From a virus (taxonomy: Duplodnaviria > Caudoviricetes): DNA of 64,000 nt. This document shows, piece after piece, positions 1 through 9,302 of the stretch (the first letter of the stretch is position 1; each line of letters opens with the position of its first letter). The position numbers and the translations under genes were made by a program. Where the stretch lies: the IMG/VR virus record IMGVR_UViG_2889049205_000001, positions 164,842-228,841 of that record, one strand, 5' to 3'. The notes beneath the pieces are model-generated. The model did not search any database. It was not told the DNA's origin and worked only from the letters and a program-made list of their open reading frames with translations.

Positions 1-1
1 C

Positions 2-385
2 GGATGGATCTCCCCGGCAGGCGATTGGTACTCCTGCGGATTTGGCGGCCATGATGTAAAGTCCCGCATGCTTGCCGCCCACTTGAAACTCGACAAGGAG
101 ATCGCCGAGTTCACGGAGCGGATAGAAGAGGGGACTCCCTGGGGGCAGATGCGCAAAGCCGGCCTCGGTCCGAAAGATCCCTATATCCACGCTCGTGAGT
201 TTCTAGTGGAATCCGGATGGGTTCGTGTGCATGATGAGGACAATTGCGGCTATCTAACCGCAGTGTGTAAGGCACAAATGAATGAGCTGCAGGTCCAAAC
301 TTTTGGATGGATGCTGAAGCAATTCAGGTATTTATTGGACACGGAGGTTACGTTTGATGGATATAAACTTGCATTCAAGGTTTAA
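2..385 (+). CDS. Hypothetical protein, 5'-truncated by the window; paralogue of the next gene
   Basis: Frame is open from base 2 (GWISPAGDWYSCGFGGHD...). The motif matches GTLCPNGEFIPCEYGCHE in 354..794. Confidence 0.7.
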   Translation, partial: GWISPAGDWYSCGFGGHDVKSRMLAAHLKLDKEIAEFTERIEEGTPWGQMRKAGLGPKDPYIHAREFLVESGWVRVHDEDNCGYLTAVCKAQMNELQVQTFGWMLKQFRYLLDTEVTFDGYKLAFKV

Positions 386-794
386 GAATACAAATACCGG
401 ATTAAATGGTACTCTCTGTCCGAACGGGGAGTTTATCCCTTGCGAGTATGGATGCCATGAAGCTGATGCCAATGTATACCGGCTATATGCCGTCGCAGCG
501 AAGCTAGGGCTGCGTTCTAGGCGTTCGCTGGAAGAATCCATGTATGAGTTCGTCAAACGCATGGGGTTCGTTACAATGGGCAGCAGGGGCCCTGACAAGG
601 AGGTCTTCTCTCATTTGCGTATTGAAGGTGCCGAGAAGATGTCCATGAATCAGGTCGAATGGTTTGTAACGCATTTCAAGGAGCTGGACGAGATCCAGCG
701 CCAGTTCCTATTGGATTACTGGAGGGAGGTGAACATTCTTGTCGAGATACCAGGAGAAGAAGGACCTGTTGCAGGCGATCAAAAAGAAGTATGA
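354..794 (+). CDS. Hypothetical protein
   Basis: 146-aa ORF with GGAGG RBS at about 343. Confidence 0.7.
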   Translation: MMDINLHSRFKNTNTGLNGTLCPNGEFIPCEYGCHEADANVYRLYAVAAKLGLRSRRSLEESMYEFVKRMGFVTMGSRGPDKEVFSHLRIEGAEKMSMNQVEWFVTHFKELDEIQRQFLLDYWREVNILVEIPGEEGPVAGDQKEV

Positions 795-1128
795 TCTTCG
801 GTTGATGCTCACTGGCTGCCTTGATGTCCATGATTTCATGGTTGTCCATGGTAATGCAGTGCAGTCGCTCCACAAGCTGGAGCAGGAGAAAGAAGGCTCC
901 GACCGCCACGAGTGGATTCAATTCCATATGAGCATCGTTGAACAGGCAATTGATACATTGCCTGAATGGGCAGAGCGTCGCCTGACAGTTGAGGCGTTAA
1001 CCGAGAGGCAGATGCATAACCGTTCATTGATGGAGGACGAGAAGCAGCCGGAACGTGTCCGTCGGGCGGCTGAGCAGCGATACGGCAGCATAACCAAAGA
1101 ACTGGAGGCAATCGCCCATGGTCAATGA
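739..1128 (+). CDS. Hypothetical protein
   Basis: GGAGGGAGGT RBS before a TTG start. Confidence 0.65.
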   Translation: MSRYQEKKDLLQAIKKKYDLRLMLTGCLDVHDFMVVHGNAVQSLHKLEQEKEGSDRHEWIQFHMSIVEQAIDTLPEWAERRLTVEALTERQMHNRSLMEDEKQPERVRRAAEQRYGSITKELEAIAHGQ

Positions 1129-1516
1129 CATGAAGAGTATCTCTCAATCGATCAAATACCGTATGCCGTGCGCTGATGACGATCCTCGTAACGAGTATCG
1201 AGTCATTAGCCAGAAGCTATCCCCGGATCTGAGGGGAAAGGGTTTCTATTGGTTATTTAAGTCTGACCTTCCGCCGACCATTTCAGAGCTGTTCCTCGGC
1301 AGCTTGCGTCTGATGGTGCATGAAACATGCGATCTAAATCGAATTGCAGAGGCCATTAATAAAGTTCCACGTTACATGGACGCTCGAGCGGTCGCACTAG
1401 ACATGACTATTTATTTGAAAGGCACGTCATCGAACGGAGCTCCTCGGCTTCAGACTAGTTTCCACTGCTTCAAAGAGTGGGACAAGGACGGTAACGAAGT
1501 AGAAATCATCATCTAA
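1118..1516 (+). CDS. Hypothetical protein
   Basis: GGAGG RBS; operon-like packing. Confidence 0.65.
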   Translation: MVNDMKSISQSIKYRMPCADDDPRNEYRVISQKLSPDLRGKGFYWLFKSDLPPTISELFLGSLRLMVHETCDLNRIAEAINKVPRYMDARAVALDMTIYLKGTSSNGAPRLQTSFHCFKEWDKDGNEVEIII

Positions 1517-1530
1517 CATTGGAGGCCACC

Positions 1531-2355
1531 ATGACTGAAGAGAAAAAACCATATGAGCCATACACGCTCAGTATTCCTCAGCGCACCGAGCAGGATTTGC
1601 AGATCGTGACCATGACGGCCGACCAGGAGGCGCTGGCAAATAAAAGCCTGAAGGATATTTACGGCTCTGTCGGCCATCTTCATCAATTGCTCAAAGAGGG
1701 CAAGCTCACATACGAAATGCGCAACACGCTGATGAGTCTGATTGAATCTTATGTCTCTGAACTCGGCGAGCCGTTGGAGTATGCTGGTACCTTGAAAGCA
1801 GAACAGGAAAAGCGCTATAAGGATATCCGCCGGGCGAACGGCGAGATTCACCGCCTCCGGGAGCAGCTTGGCTCCAGTAAGCCAATAGACGGCCTGGACG
1901 AGCAGCTGGGGGTGCTGCATGATACCGTTCGAGACTGGTGGAACAACCATGGATTCTGTTACGTCTCTGAGGACTCCTTCACTCAATACGGCTATAAGGT
2001 GAAGTTCGGCTTCATGCTCAGCTCGATGGAACGACGGAGCTTCACCAAGACGCCAGTAAGCGATGAGCAGGATCATCGCAACAGGCTGCAGGAGCTGAAA
2101 GATGCCGGCTTCGAAATCTACATGGACGACGACGGCCGGGATCCGCAGCTTATCGACAACGATAATAATCGCCAGTTGCTCGAACAGCTGATCAAAAGCA
2201 GATTTCCATCGGCACAGATCACCAGCATCCAGAGTTGGAAGGCAAATCGAAGGGACTGCTTCGTGGTCCGGTACATGGACGTGACCATTCGGGATTATCA
2301 GGACGTTCCGGCGGCCGAGTCCGAGTCCGAAGAAGGCCAATCCGATGGACAGTAA
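1531..2355 (+). CDS. Hypothetical phage protein
   Basis: GGAGG RBS and ATG at 1531; 274 aa. Confidence 0.75.
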   Translation: MTEEKKPYEPYTLSIPQRTEQDLQIVTMTADQEALANKSLKDIYGSVGHLHQLLKEGKLTYEMRNTLMSLIESYVSELGEPLEYAGTLKAEQEKRYKDIRRANGEIHRLREQLGSSKPIDGLDEQLGVLHDTVRDWWNNHGFCYVSEDSFTQYGYKVKFGFMLSSMERRSFTKTPVSDEQDHRNRLQELKDAGFEIYMDDDGRDPQLIDNDNNRQLLEQLIKSRFPSAQITSIQSWKANRRDCFVVRYMDVTIRDYQDVPAAESESEEGQSDGQ

Positions 2356-2635
2356 ATACATGCAAGTCCGGATGCCGGACGGATCGCTTTGGCAATTTCC
2401 TATTGAAGTCGTAGCCACTCATAAGGGAGAAAACGATGATTGCGAAGTGGATTACGTCCCGGATGCAGTGGAACTGGCCATGAAGGAGTCTGATGACGTT
2501 CTTATCAATTGGGCAATCAATGAAATGCATTGGTCCGATCTGGCGCCTCATGCCGAACAGATCGAGCCGCCAACCACAACCGATTACGAGAGGGCCTGGA
2601 TGAATAGCGAACCCAAAATCGTTGACTACAATTAG
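2345..2635 (+). CDS. Hypothetical protein
   Basis: Acidic 96-aa ORF overlapping the upstream stop. Confidence 0.65.
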   Translation: MDSKYMQVRMPDGSLWQFPIEVVATHKGENDDCEVDYVPDAVELAMKESDDVLINWAINEMHWSDLAPHAEQIEPPTTTDYERAWMNSEPKIVDYN

Positions 2636-2646
2636 GGGGTAGCGTC

Positions 2647-2892
2647 ATGAAGGTTACAATTCTGCGCACCGGGGCTTCCGTTCCGGTGCAAATGAAAATA
2701 TACGTCGCTGAAACAAATACGATCTGGTATTTGGTACATGAAGGTAACTTGAAGGCTATCAACCTGCTAATCGTGCGCAATGACGTACAGGTCCTTTACC
2801 AGGATCCAAAATTCTCGATCCCAGACCAGATACTAATGCATGATAGCTATTGGTACACCAGCGAGTCCGTCATGGAAAACTTTTTATCTTAG
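2647..2892 (+). CDS. Hypothetical protein
   Basis: AGGGGG RBS; 81 aa. Confidence 0.6.
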   Translation: MKVTILRTGASVPVQMKIYVAETNTIWYLVHEGNLKAINLLIVRNDVQVLYQDPKFSIPDQILMHDSYWYTSESVMENFLS

Positions 2893-2903
2893 GAGGAAAT
2901 ACA

Positions 2904-3248
2904 ATGACCAGCTTTTATTCATCCAATTTCAATTTCAAAGACGAAGCCGGATACGACAAGCGAGTCGATGAAATGGTCAAGATCATCAACGACAACAATC
3001 TTCGCCGGGCAGTATTCGTTTGGGAAAACAAGGTCGTAGAAGTAACCAAGATGAAGGATGACGAGTTCTCGATCGATCCAGGTCCGGAGGATGAATCTGA
3101 CGTCATGGAGTTCCTCGGAAAGCAACAATGCGATGAATGTAAGACCTGGCACGACACACTCACGCAAGTGGATCTGCCACGGGTGCGTGGAACATCAGGC
3201 AGGACTGTTGATCTCTGCAAGAAATGCACGACGGACAAGTTATGCTGA
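2904..3248 (+). CDS. Hypothetical protein with C-terminal CxxC...CxxC zinc ribbon
   Basis: AGGAGG RBS; CDEC and CKKC motifs. Confidence 0.65.
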   Translation: MTSFYSSNFNFKDEAGYDKRVDEMVKIINDNNLRRAVFVWENKVVEVTKMKDDEFSIDPGPEDESDVMEFLGKQQCDECKTWHDTLTQVDLPRVRGTSGRTVDLCKKCTTDKLC

Positions 3249-3481
3249 CCGGTGAAAAATGTCGGCTGGCCGTGTCGAAGGTGACAGGGATCCCGGAGGG
3301 ATCCCTGATCATTCAGGAAGATTACGGCAAGGACGGTGCGGCTATTCAAGACGAGAGCTCTAACGAATATTACGTCGAGCCGACGAATCAAATCAAGGAT
3401 TACACACCTGCGCAGCTGCAGAGCATTGAGATCCTTGGCGAGCATGAAGGCCGAACAGTCTACAAGGAGAAGATTTCATGA
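3242..3481 (+). CDS. Hypothetical protein
   Basis: Coupled ORF in the operon. Confidence 0.55.
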   Translation: MLTGEKCRLAVSKVTGIPEGSLIIQEDYGKDGAAIQDESSNEYYVEPTNQIKDYTPAQLQSIEILGEHEGRTVYKEKIS

Positions 3482-3624
3482 TCAAAACAACGATCACAGT
3501 TGAGGTCACTCATCATTCTTATAACGCAGCCTGGCTGGAGCGCCAGATCCAGGAGACTCTGCATCGCTTGGACGATGTAAAAGAAGTCAAAACGAAAACC
3601 GTCGAGCACAAGCCGGCAAATTAA
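3478..3624 (+). CDS. Small hypothetical protein (48 aa, MIKTTITVEV...; not in the ORF track)
   Basis: AAGGAG RBS; ATGA overlap with the upstream stop. Confidence 0.55.
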   Translation: MIKTTITVEVTHHSYNAAWLERQIQETLHRLDDVKEVKTKTVEHKPAN

Positions 3625-3643
3625 CTGCGAGGAGCTTATCAAG

Positions 3644-3925
3644 ATGGGAATGCAAAAGAAATTGGAAGCGGCGAGACATGAAGGGTACCTTGCAGGGCTG
3701 AAATCTGGAGCTGCTCAGAAAGAGCTGCAGAAATCTTTCCTTGATGGTATCAAGGTGGGAGCCGATGCTGCCAATGAAGTTTGGTCATCTGCGATTCAGA
3801 ACACGCACGGCGTGGGCACGAAAACGATCCAGAAAATCTATGCCCAGGCCGAACAAGAGCATCAGCAACGGAAAGTCGAGCGAAAAATGCTTGCCTCCGA
3901 CCAGCCTGAAGAAGTTGTGGCGTAA
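3644..3925 (+). CDS. Hypothetical protein
   Basis: GAGGAG RBS; 93 aa. Confidence 0.65.
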   Translation: MGMQKKLEAARHEGYLAGLKSGAAQKELQKSFLDGIKVGADAANEVWSSAIQNTHGVGTKTIQKIYAQAEQEHQQRKVERKMLASDQPEEVVA

Positions 3926-4086
3926 TGAACAAAGTGGAGCAAGATCTGGCCCTTGTCTTGGGCATGATCCAGCAGCTATTGGACCGTGAAATGACAGAGG
4001 CTGAAGTCGCTTTAGCCACCATTTCATTTAAGTCAGGCGTTCAAACAGGACTGGAGTGGGAACCGAATCCAAATCGAAATAATTAA
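3925..4086 (+). CDS. Small hypothetical protein (53 aa; not in the ORF track)
   Basis: TAATG stop/start overlap. Confidence 0.5.
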   Translation: MNKVEQDLALVLGMIQQLLDREMTEAEVALATISFKSGVQTGLEWEPNPNRNN

Positions 4087-4175
4087 CGGCATTAAATACC
4101 TTATTTTTCCATACATGGACATATGTACAAAATACATCTTTTGTGCAGTAGTGCGGTAAAGCGTTAACTTATGAA

Positions 4176-4463
4176 ATGAGTTCTTTCATTATGCCACATG
4201 TGGCCGCTGTAATGCAAGGGGATGGTGTTCGGTATGATCGCTACAACCGAATGCTTTACCATCCGGATTACCATCCGAATCAAGGCAAGCCATATACCAC
4301 TAAGGAAAATGCGTATCTGTGCAAGCATTATATCCGTGGCCAGGTTAAAACTTTAGCTTTGGATATGGGACGCACTGAGCATTCGATCCGCCAACACGTC
4401 AACGAATTGCGGCGCCTTGGCCAGTTCGATCATTACAAGTCGATGGTATTCAAGGACGAATAA
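4176..4463 (+). CDS. Small Myb/HTH-like protein (family often labelled 'DNA-entry nuclease' in Bacillales phages)
   Basis: YHPDYHPNQGKPYTxxExxYLCK...LALDMGRTE pattern. Confidence 0.55.
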   Translation: MSSFIMPHVAAVMQGDGVRYDRYNRMLYHPDYHPNQGKPYTTKENAYLCKHYIRGQVKTLALDMGRTEHSIRQHVNELRRLGQFDHYKSMVFKDE

Positions 4464-4562
4464 ATCCCTATATAGGGGCGAAATTTTCAAAAAAAATTTT
4501 TCGGGGTTTTGCATTATCGAACCTGTATTCCATTTCAATATACATAAGGAGGATTCGCTGTA

Positions 4563-4646
4563 ATGCAATACGTCACCACCATTATCATTGCTGCTCTTTA
4601 TATTTGGGCCAAGTATTACAAGCGCAAGCACTTGCGGAGCTTCTAG
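4563..4646 (+). CDS. 27-aa membrane peptide MQYVTTIIIAALYIWAKYYKRKHLRSF
   Basis: Strong AAGGAGG RBS; hydrophobic helix followed by a basic tail. Confidence 0.55.
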   Translation: MQYVTTIIIAALYIWAKYYKRKHLRSF

Positions 4647-4894
4647 TGGATCTCACGATCGCATACTTGATTCGAACTGAACAATGGCCTGAGCCCCCGT
4701 TCCCCGGATGGCGGCGACAATGGCTGTGCTGCAAGGTTTGCGGATACCTACAGTATTACGATTATATCCCCTACTCGCTGCAGAATCCTATTATGTGGAG
4801 TGCGTGCGGCCATGATCTCAAAACGCAAATGCACCGTCTTTCCGATCCGCCGCTACAACTAAACCCGAAACCAGAAAGGAACGACCATGGATAA
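4646..4894 (+). CDS. Cys-rich protein with N-terminal MDLTIAY tag
   Basis: GGAG RBS and GTG at 4646 overlapping the upstream TAG; CCKVC...CGH. Confidence 0.6.
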   Translation: MDLTIAYLIRTEQWPEPPFPGWRRQWLCCKVCGYLQYYDYIPYSLQNPIMWSACGHDLKTQMHRLSDPPLQLNPKPERNDHG

Positions 4895-5468
4895 AGAAAA
4901 AAAAGAAATCGGAAACGTGATCAACGGGCTCTTCGGCGCCTTTGAAGCCGAGTCGGACGCAAAGAATGCGGACTGGATCCGCAGCGTTACGCAGGAATAT
5001 CATTACCTGGACCTAAACAATCCGGAGAAATTTTCTCTGCTGCTTACGATGGCCGTTCGAGACAAAGCTGATGCTTTGATGCGCCATGCCCTCCCCTCTA
5101 TCGTGCCGGCGGACCTGAACCGTAAACTCAAGCACAAGGTGGAGTTCGCCTTCCTTCATTACGATTTCATTGCCCGTCATCTGAAAAGCATCATTCTGAA
5201 GTTCGAAGGCCACGGCTGCTCCACAGACAAGACCCGTTGGCTGATCGACAGCTATGTGAAATACATTATTAGTGGCGATCTGCCCCTAATTGAGGAGAAG
5301 AAATACTGGCATCCGGCCTGCGGCGAAGTCGCCGACTGGATGGCATGGATCGATACGATGGGCGATCTCTATTACGGAAACGTTGAGCGGTATGCGCTTG
5401 CCAAGATCAAAGTCTTCAATAGCTATGCGTATAAATGGACAGAATCCGGAGGCGATTCGAATGAATGA
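4887..5468 (+). CDS. Hypothetical protein
   Basis: 193 aa; AAAGGA RBS. Confidence 0.7.
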   Translation: MDKEKKEIGNVINGLFGAFEAESDAKNADWIRSVTQEYHYLDLNNPEKFSLLLTMAVRDKADALMRHALPSIVPADLNRKLKHKVEFAFLHYDFIARHLKSIILKFEGHGCSTDKTRWLIDSYVKYIISGDLPLIEEKKYWHPACGEVADWMAWIDTMGDLYYGNVERYALAKIKVFNSYAYKWTESGGDSNE

Positions 5469-6060
5469 CACAGCGATGATCAGAACGTTTGGTGAGTACC
5501 ACAAAAAGTGGAGTGCTGGCGCCACGATGCTGATTGCACCACATGACGTGGACACTCGGGATCACAACGAATTCGGCATTATTGATGGCCGGCACTGGCG
5601 TCCTCTCTCCTTTTCCCCTGCTCTTCAGGATCTGACTGGTACCTTTGTTCGCTCGCAAATCCTGGAGTATTGCAGCGAGCGGTCTATTAAGCTGACCGAG
5701 GAACAAATCGTTTCAACTGTCGAAATCGTTCAATATTGGCTGACAGATGCGATCAGTAATTCTATCGACAATGCCATCGATAATCTGGAATTGGACCGTG
5801 AGCTCGTAATCCTGAATGCCTGGGGCGGTAAGAACGAAGGCGGTGATCTGGAGCTCCTCACCACCGACGTAAGCGAAATACCGAACGGCACCTGCGAGCT
5901 CGAGATTGTCAAGGGCTTTATCGTCAGCGGCGGCGCTGATATCCGGGATTGGGTCGAGGATAATCTCAAAGAATTCTATGAAGACAAAGATGAGCTGAAT
6001 GCTGCCCTCGTTGAGCATAATCTCACCCACCTGGTTAATGACCAAAGTGAAGGAGCGTAA
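5461..6060 (+). CDS. Hypothetical protein
   Basis: GGAGG RBS before ATG at 5461. Confidence 0.7.
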   Translation: MNDTAMIRTFGEYHKKWSAGATMLIAPHDVDTRDHNEFGIIDGRHWRPLSFSPALQDLTGTFVRSQILEYCSERSIKLTEEQIVSTVEIVQYWLTDAISNSIDNAIDNLELDRELVILNAWGGKNEGGDLELLTTDVSEIPNGTCELEIVKGFIVSGGADIRDWVEDNLKEFYEDKDELNAALVEHNLTHLVNDQSEGA

Positions 6061-6065
6061 TAAAC

Positions 6066-6497
6066 ATGGATCCACTTGTAGGAATGATGGTTGATATGAT
6101 GATTGCGGGGAACCAAGAGGCAGCCGCCATCTACGATAGCATCACCGGCATTGATGAAATGTCAGACGTGCCAATGAGCAATGAAGTGCTGAGCCTCATT
6201 TACGTGCCATGCGACGTGAAAACGATCGGATCTGATTACTATCTGATCCACGAAGGAAAAGTCGTTTACATGGGCCACATTGATAACGAAGGGTTGGTGG
6301 ACACGGTAATCAAAGATATTACCACGCTGCCCGAATTTATCAATGTCGGGATCGCCGCTAAGCTCAATGATCGAGCGAAATTGGGAGAGTTCCTTTCCAA
6401 TGAAGAGACACTGCTCAAGATCATGAGCCAGCAGCAGCTCGGACTGCAGTATCTCGAGGAGAATCACGGTCCGATCGACTCTCGGAAGGTTAACTAG
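6066..6497 (+). CDS. Hypothetical protein
   Basis: AAGGAG RBS. Confidence 0.7.
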   Translation: MDPLVGMMVDMMIAGNQEAAAIYDSITGIDEMSDVPMSNEVLSLIYVPCDVKTIGSDYYLIHEGKVVYMGHIDNEGLVDTVIKDITTLPEFINVGIAAKLNDRAKLGEFLSNEETLLKIMSQQQLGLQYLEENHGPIDSRKVN

Positions 6498-6504
6498 GTG
6501 TCCA

Positions 6505-6972
6505 ATGGGATATGTATGCCTGAATGATTTCCATAAGGTTCGTACCGACGGTCGTGCAATGCGCCGTCGGGCGGCCCATCTGGACGCCGGCGATCGCTAC
6601 GAGTTCCGTGAATCCTTGCACGGCTTCATTTATGAGGTCGTCGATCACGAGAGGATGGTCTTCTATCGTCAGGATCGCCCTGTATTCAATCAAGGGGATC
6701 TGTTTGAGGGGTTCCTCCCTTTCATGTGCGACTACTGCAAGCAAGTGGTCTACAGTACCTACTTGGTGCCCTATCGCCTGAAATTTGAAATGCTCACCCG
6801 ACCGTTTACCGATAGGCCTGAATGGAAGAGTAGCTACTTGGATATCAAGTTCTCCTGCTGTAATGCATGTCATAATGGCCCGCTGCCCATTCCGGAGAAG
6901 CTGATCGGCCATCATTTGACGGAGCTGCAGCAAGACGGCCGAGCAATCTTTACCCAAAAACGAAAACTGTGA
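6505..6972 (+). CDS. Hypothetical protein with CxxC motifs
   Basis: CDYC and CCNAC motifs. Confidence 0.6.
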   Translation: MGYVCLNDFHKVRTDGRAMRRRAAHLDAGDRYEFRESLHGFIYEVVDHERMVFYRQDRPVFNQGDLFEGFLPFMCDYCKQVVYSTYLVPYRLKFEMLTRPFTDRPEWKSSYLDIKFSCCNACHNGPLPIPEKLIGHHLTELQQDGRAIFTQKRKL

Positions 6973-6982
6973 GGTGGCTTTT

Positions 6983-7249
6983 ATGAGTAGTAAGCGCAAC
7001 AGGATTTTGACGATTATCACCCAGGGCTGTTTGGACCCGATTACCGCATTAGACGTTAAGACCGACAACATCATGTACGTTTATGGCGGCCGCAGCGAAT
7101 TTGACGACATGCTGAGTGAGATTGAAGATTTCTTCGATGTAGACGTTTCTCTTCCGGAGGACGAGGATATCGGTGAAATGACCGTTCAGAAATTTGTGGA
7201 CACTGTGCTCCATCTTCTTGGAGGCGAAGACGAGGAGGTTGCAAGCTGA
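6983..7249 (+). CDS. Acyl carrier protein-like small acidic protein (divergent)
   Basis: GGRSEFDDMLSEIEDFFDV...TVQKFVDTV aligns by eye with ACP [20 protein letters not shown]...TVQAAIDYI. Confidence 0.55.
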   Translation: MSSKRNRILTIITQGCLDPITALDVKTDNIMYVYGGRSEFDDMLSEIEDFFDVDVSLPEDEDIGEMTVQKFVDTVLHLLGGEDEEVAS

Positions 7250-7530
7250 TGGGATTCACGATCACGAAGGACAACATCCATACGGAGCCGGATGAAAAGC
7301 AGTGGGATAAGACCGGAAAGAGATTCAAATGCATCTGTGTCGATGAAGCTAAGAGCTATGCCGAAGGGCAGCATAAATTTAGGCTCCTCGATGACGACCG
7401 CAATGTTTATTTATACGGCAAGTCCGACGATGACAACTGCTTTTGTCCGCTGGACTGGTCGCAGCCGCTGTGGGGCACCACAGAGATTCAATATTATGAC
7501 GAGCAGACAAGGGAATACAAAACGCTCTAG
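7249..7530 (+). CDS. Hypothetical phage protein
   Basis: GAGGAGG RBS; FRLLDDD..VY..G motif. Confidence 0.7.
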   Translation: MGFTITKDNIHTEPDEKQWDKTGKRFKCICVDEAKSYAEGQHKFRLLDDDRNVYLYGKSDDDNCFCPLDWSQPLWGTTEIQYYDEQTREYKTL

Positions 7531-7545
7531 GAAGGAAGAAGCGAA

Positions 7546-7974
7546 ATGATGCGAGGCATGATCATCACGCATAACGACGGAACTCCGGATCTTGAAATGG
7601 AGATCAGCAAGGCCAATCTGGTTAGATCCAGCGAGCGTGGATTTGTTTACATGGAGGAAATGGCCGATGGCAAGTGGCGCCTCACATATACTGATAAGGC
7701 AATCAGTGATTTCTCTAAGATCGCAGCCTTCCGAATGATTCGTCGGGGCGGCATAGTGGAAATGCCTGAAGAGCCCTTCCATATCAAGACGTACCGGGAT
7801 CTCTTGATTGCACTTTCGGATCTCGATCCGACCGATCTGGACCGGCCCTTGCGCTTGTACGAGGCGGCTGATGAGATGAACCTCTTCACCGTTGAGACGA
7901 CAATTGAACGTGACGGCAGCGGCGATCCATTCCTCGATCTTAATTTTCTGGATTCTGATTACATCGATAGATAG
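7546..7974 (+). CDS. Hypothetical protein
   Basis: 142-aa ORF in the operon. Confidence 0.65.
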   Translation: MMRGMIITHNDGTPDLEMEISKANLVRSSERGFVYMEEMADGKWRLTYTDKAISDFSKIAAFRMIRRGGIVEMPEEPFHIKTYRDLLIALSDLDPTDLDRPLRLYEAADEMNLFTVETTIERDGSGDPFLDLNFLDSDYIDR

Positions 7975-7984
7975 GAGAATCGTT

Positions 7985-8470
7985 ATGCGATCGAACGACA
8001 CCCTCGTTGTCCTATACAACGAAACCGAATTCCCTTCGGACCTATACCAGCTTGCTTTCCCGGCCACCGCCCAAGAAATGTATGAGTTGCTGGTCAAGCT
8101 CCGCAATATCAAGACAAAGACCGGTCAGACTATGGACGAATTTGCATATGTCTTTCCAAAAGGATCCCTCTACCCTGCGGACTACAAGGCGTTCTGGGAT
8201 GAGCGTAAGAACCCGCAGCGCAAACGTTTCAACACGCAAGCTGATTTCTTCCTGCAGCGGCCAATCCGTGGCGGCAAGGTAAAGCAGAAGCTATATGCAT
8301 TCGCAGAGGATTTCGATTGGCAGTTTGATAAATGGACAGGCCAGGACGTGATTATCTTGGACATGAACGAAGCCTTGAAAGGCGATTATGTTTATGAACG
8401 GGATATCCTCAAGCGTTGGGGTGACAAAGACCCCCTCATCTCGGCAGACCTTACCTACTGCGCTCAGTAG
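7985..8470 (+). CDS. Hypothetical protein
   Basis: AGGAG RBS before ATG at 7985. Confidence 0.7.
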   Translation: MRSNDTLVVLYNETEFPSDLYQLAFPATAQEMYELLVKLRNIKTKTGQTMDEFAYVFPKGSLYPADYKAFWDERKNPQRKRFNTQADFFLQRPIRGGKVKQKLYAFAEDFDWQFDKWTGQDVIILDMNEALKGDYVYERDILKRWGDKDPLISADLTYCAQ

Positions 8471-8471
8471 A

Positions 8472-8810
8472 TCAATACACAATGTGAAGGCTGCCATCGT
8501 CGAAGATCTGGATCTCCTGCGTGGCCATCATGAAGTCGGCGCCTGACGTGTATCCTTTTTCATTGAGTTCCTTCTGACCTGCCTCCCACGTATGACGATC
8601 AATGACGAGCCGGTAGTTCCACAAATCCTGGCCATCCACATCGTAAATGTCCGTGAGCTCGAGCTCGTTGCCGAACAGCTCCGTAAAGAAGGCAGCTGCT
8701 TCTTTTTGGGATCCGAACTGCGGAAGGTCTGCTTCGAACTGGCGGGTCAGCCGCTTGTGCTTTCCATTCCACATGTGAAAATAGGATTCCAAATTCTCTT
8801 TTGTAACCAT
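8472..8810 (-). CDS. Hypothetical protein; counter-oriented moron-like gene
   Basis: AAGGGG RBS and its own promoter, TTGCGT-18-TATAAT, on the - strand at about 8836-8865. Confidence 0.7.
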   Translation of the reverse strand: MVTKENLESYFHMWNGKHKRLTRQFEADLPQFGSQKEAAAFFTELFGNELELTDIYDVDGQDLWNYRLVIDRHTWEAGQKELNEKGYTSGADFMMATQEIQIFDDGSLHIVY

Positions 8811-8934
8811 AACGCACCCCTTTGCCTTTTTCGTAATTATACTTTTTCACCGACGTGATACGCAATGAGCAAACAAACCGTGCAAGATCCAAGCATCATG
8901 CTGAACTGCCAACTTTTGAGTGGAGGTAAACCAA

Positions 8935-9297
8935 ATGGGATACATGACGACCATTACGATTCTAAACGACGCCTTTGATCAGATCGAGAAGCATCCTGTC
9001 GAATTCGTAGAGTCAATTAAGCTTGGTATGAACGGTATCGATAAGTTCGGTGCCCGAAATAAGGAGATTTCCAATTTTGGAATCGGCAACTACGCAAACC
9101 CGATTGATGTAGCAAGAGCACATCATGCTGACGATCCACGCCTATACCTGGCTTTCCAAAATATGACGGTCGCCTTTGGATACTCAAACGACCTGAAAGA
9201 TCCTCGCCACTTGGAGCTCCGCAAGCGAATGCTGAAGATGGCCAAAGACATCCTGAAGCAAGAGGAGCGATTGATTAAAGAACTTGAAGGGAGATAA
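8935..9297 (+). CDS. Hypothetical protein
   Basis: GGAGGT RBS. Confidence 0.7.
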   Translation: MGYMTTITILNDAFDQIEKHPVEFVESIKLGMNGIDKFGARNKEISNFGIGNYANPIDVARAHHADDPRLYLAFQNMTVAFGYSNDLKDPRHLELRKRMLKMAKDILKQEERLIKELEGR

Positions 9298-9302
9298 GCA
9301 CC

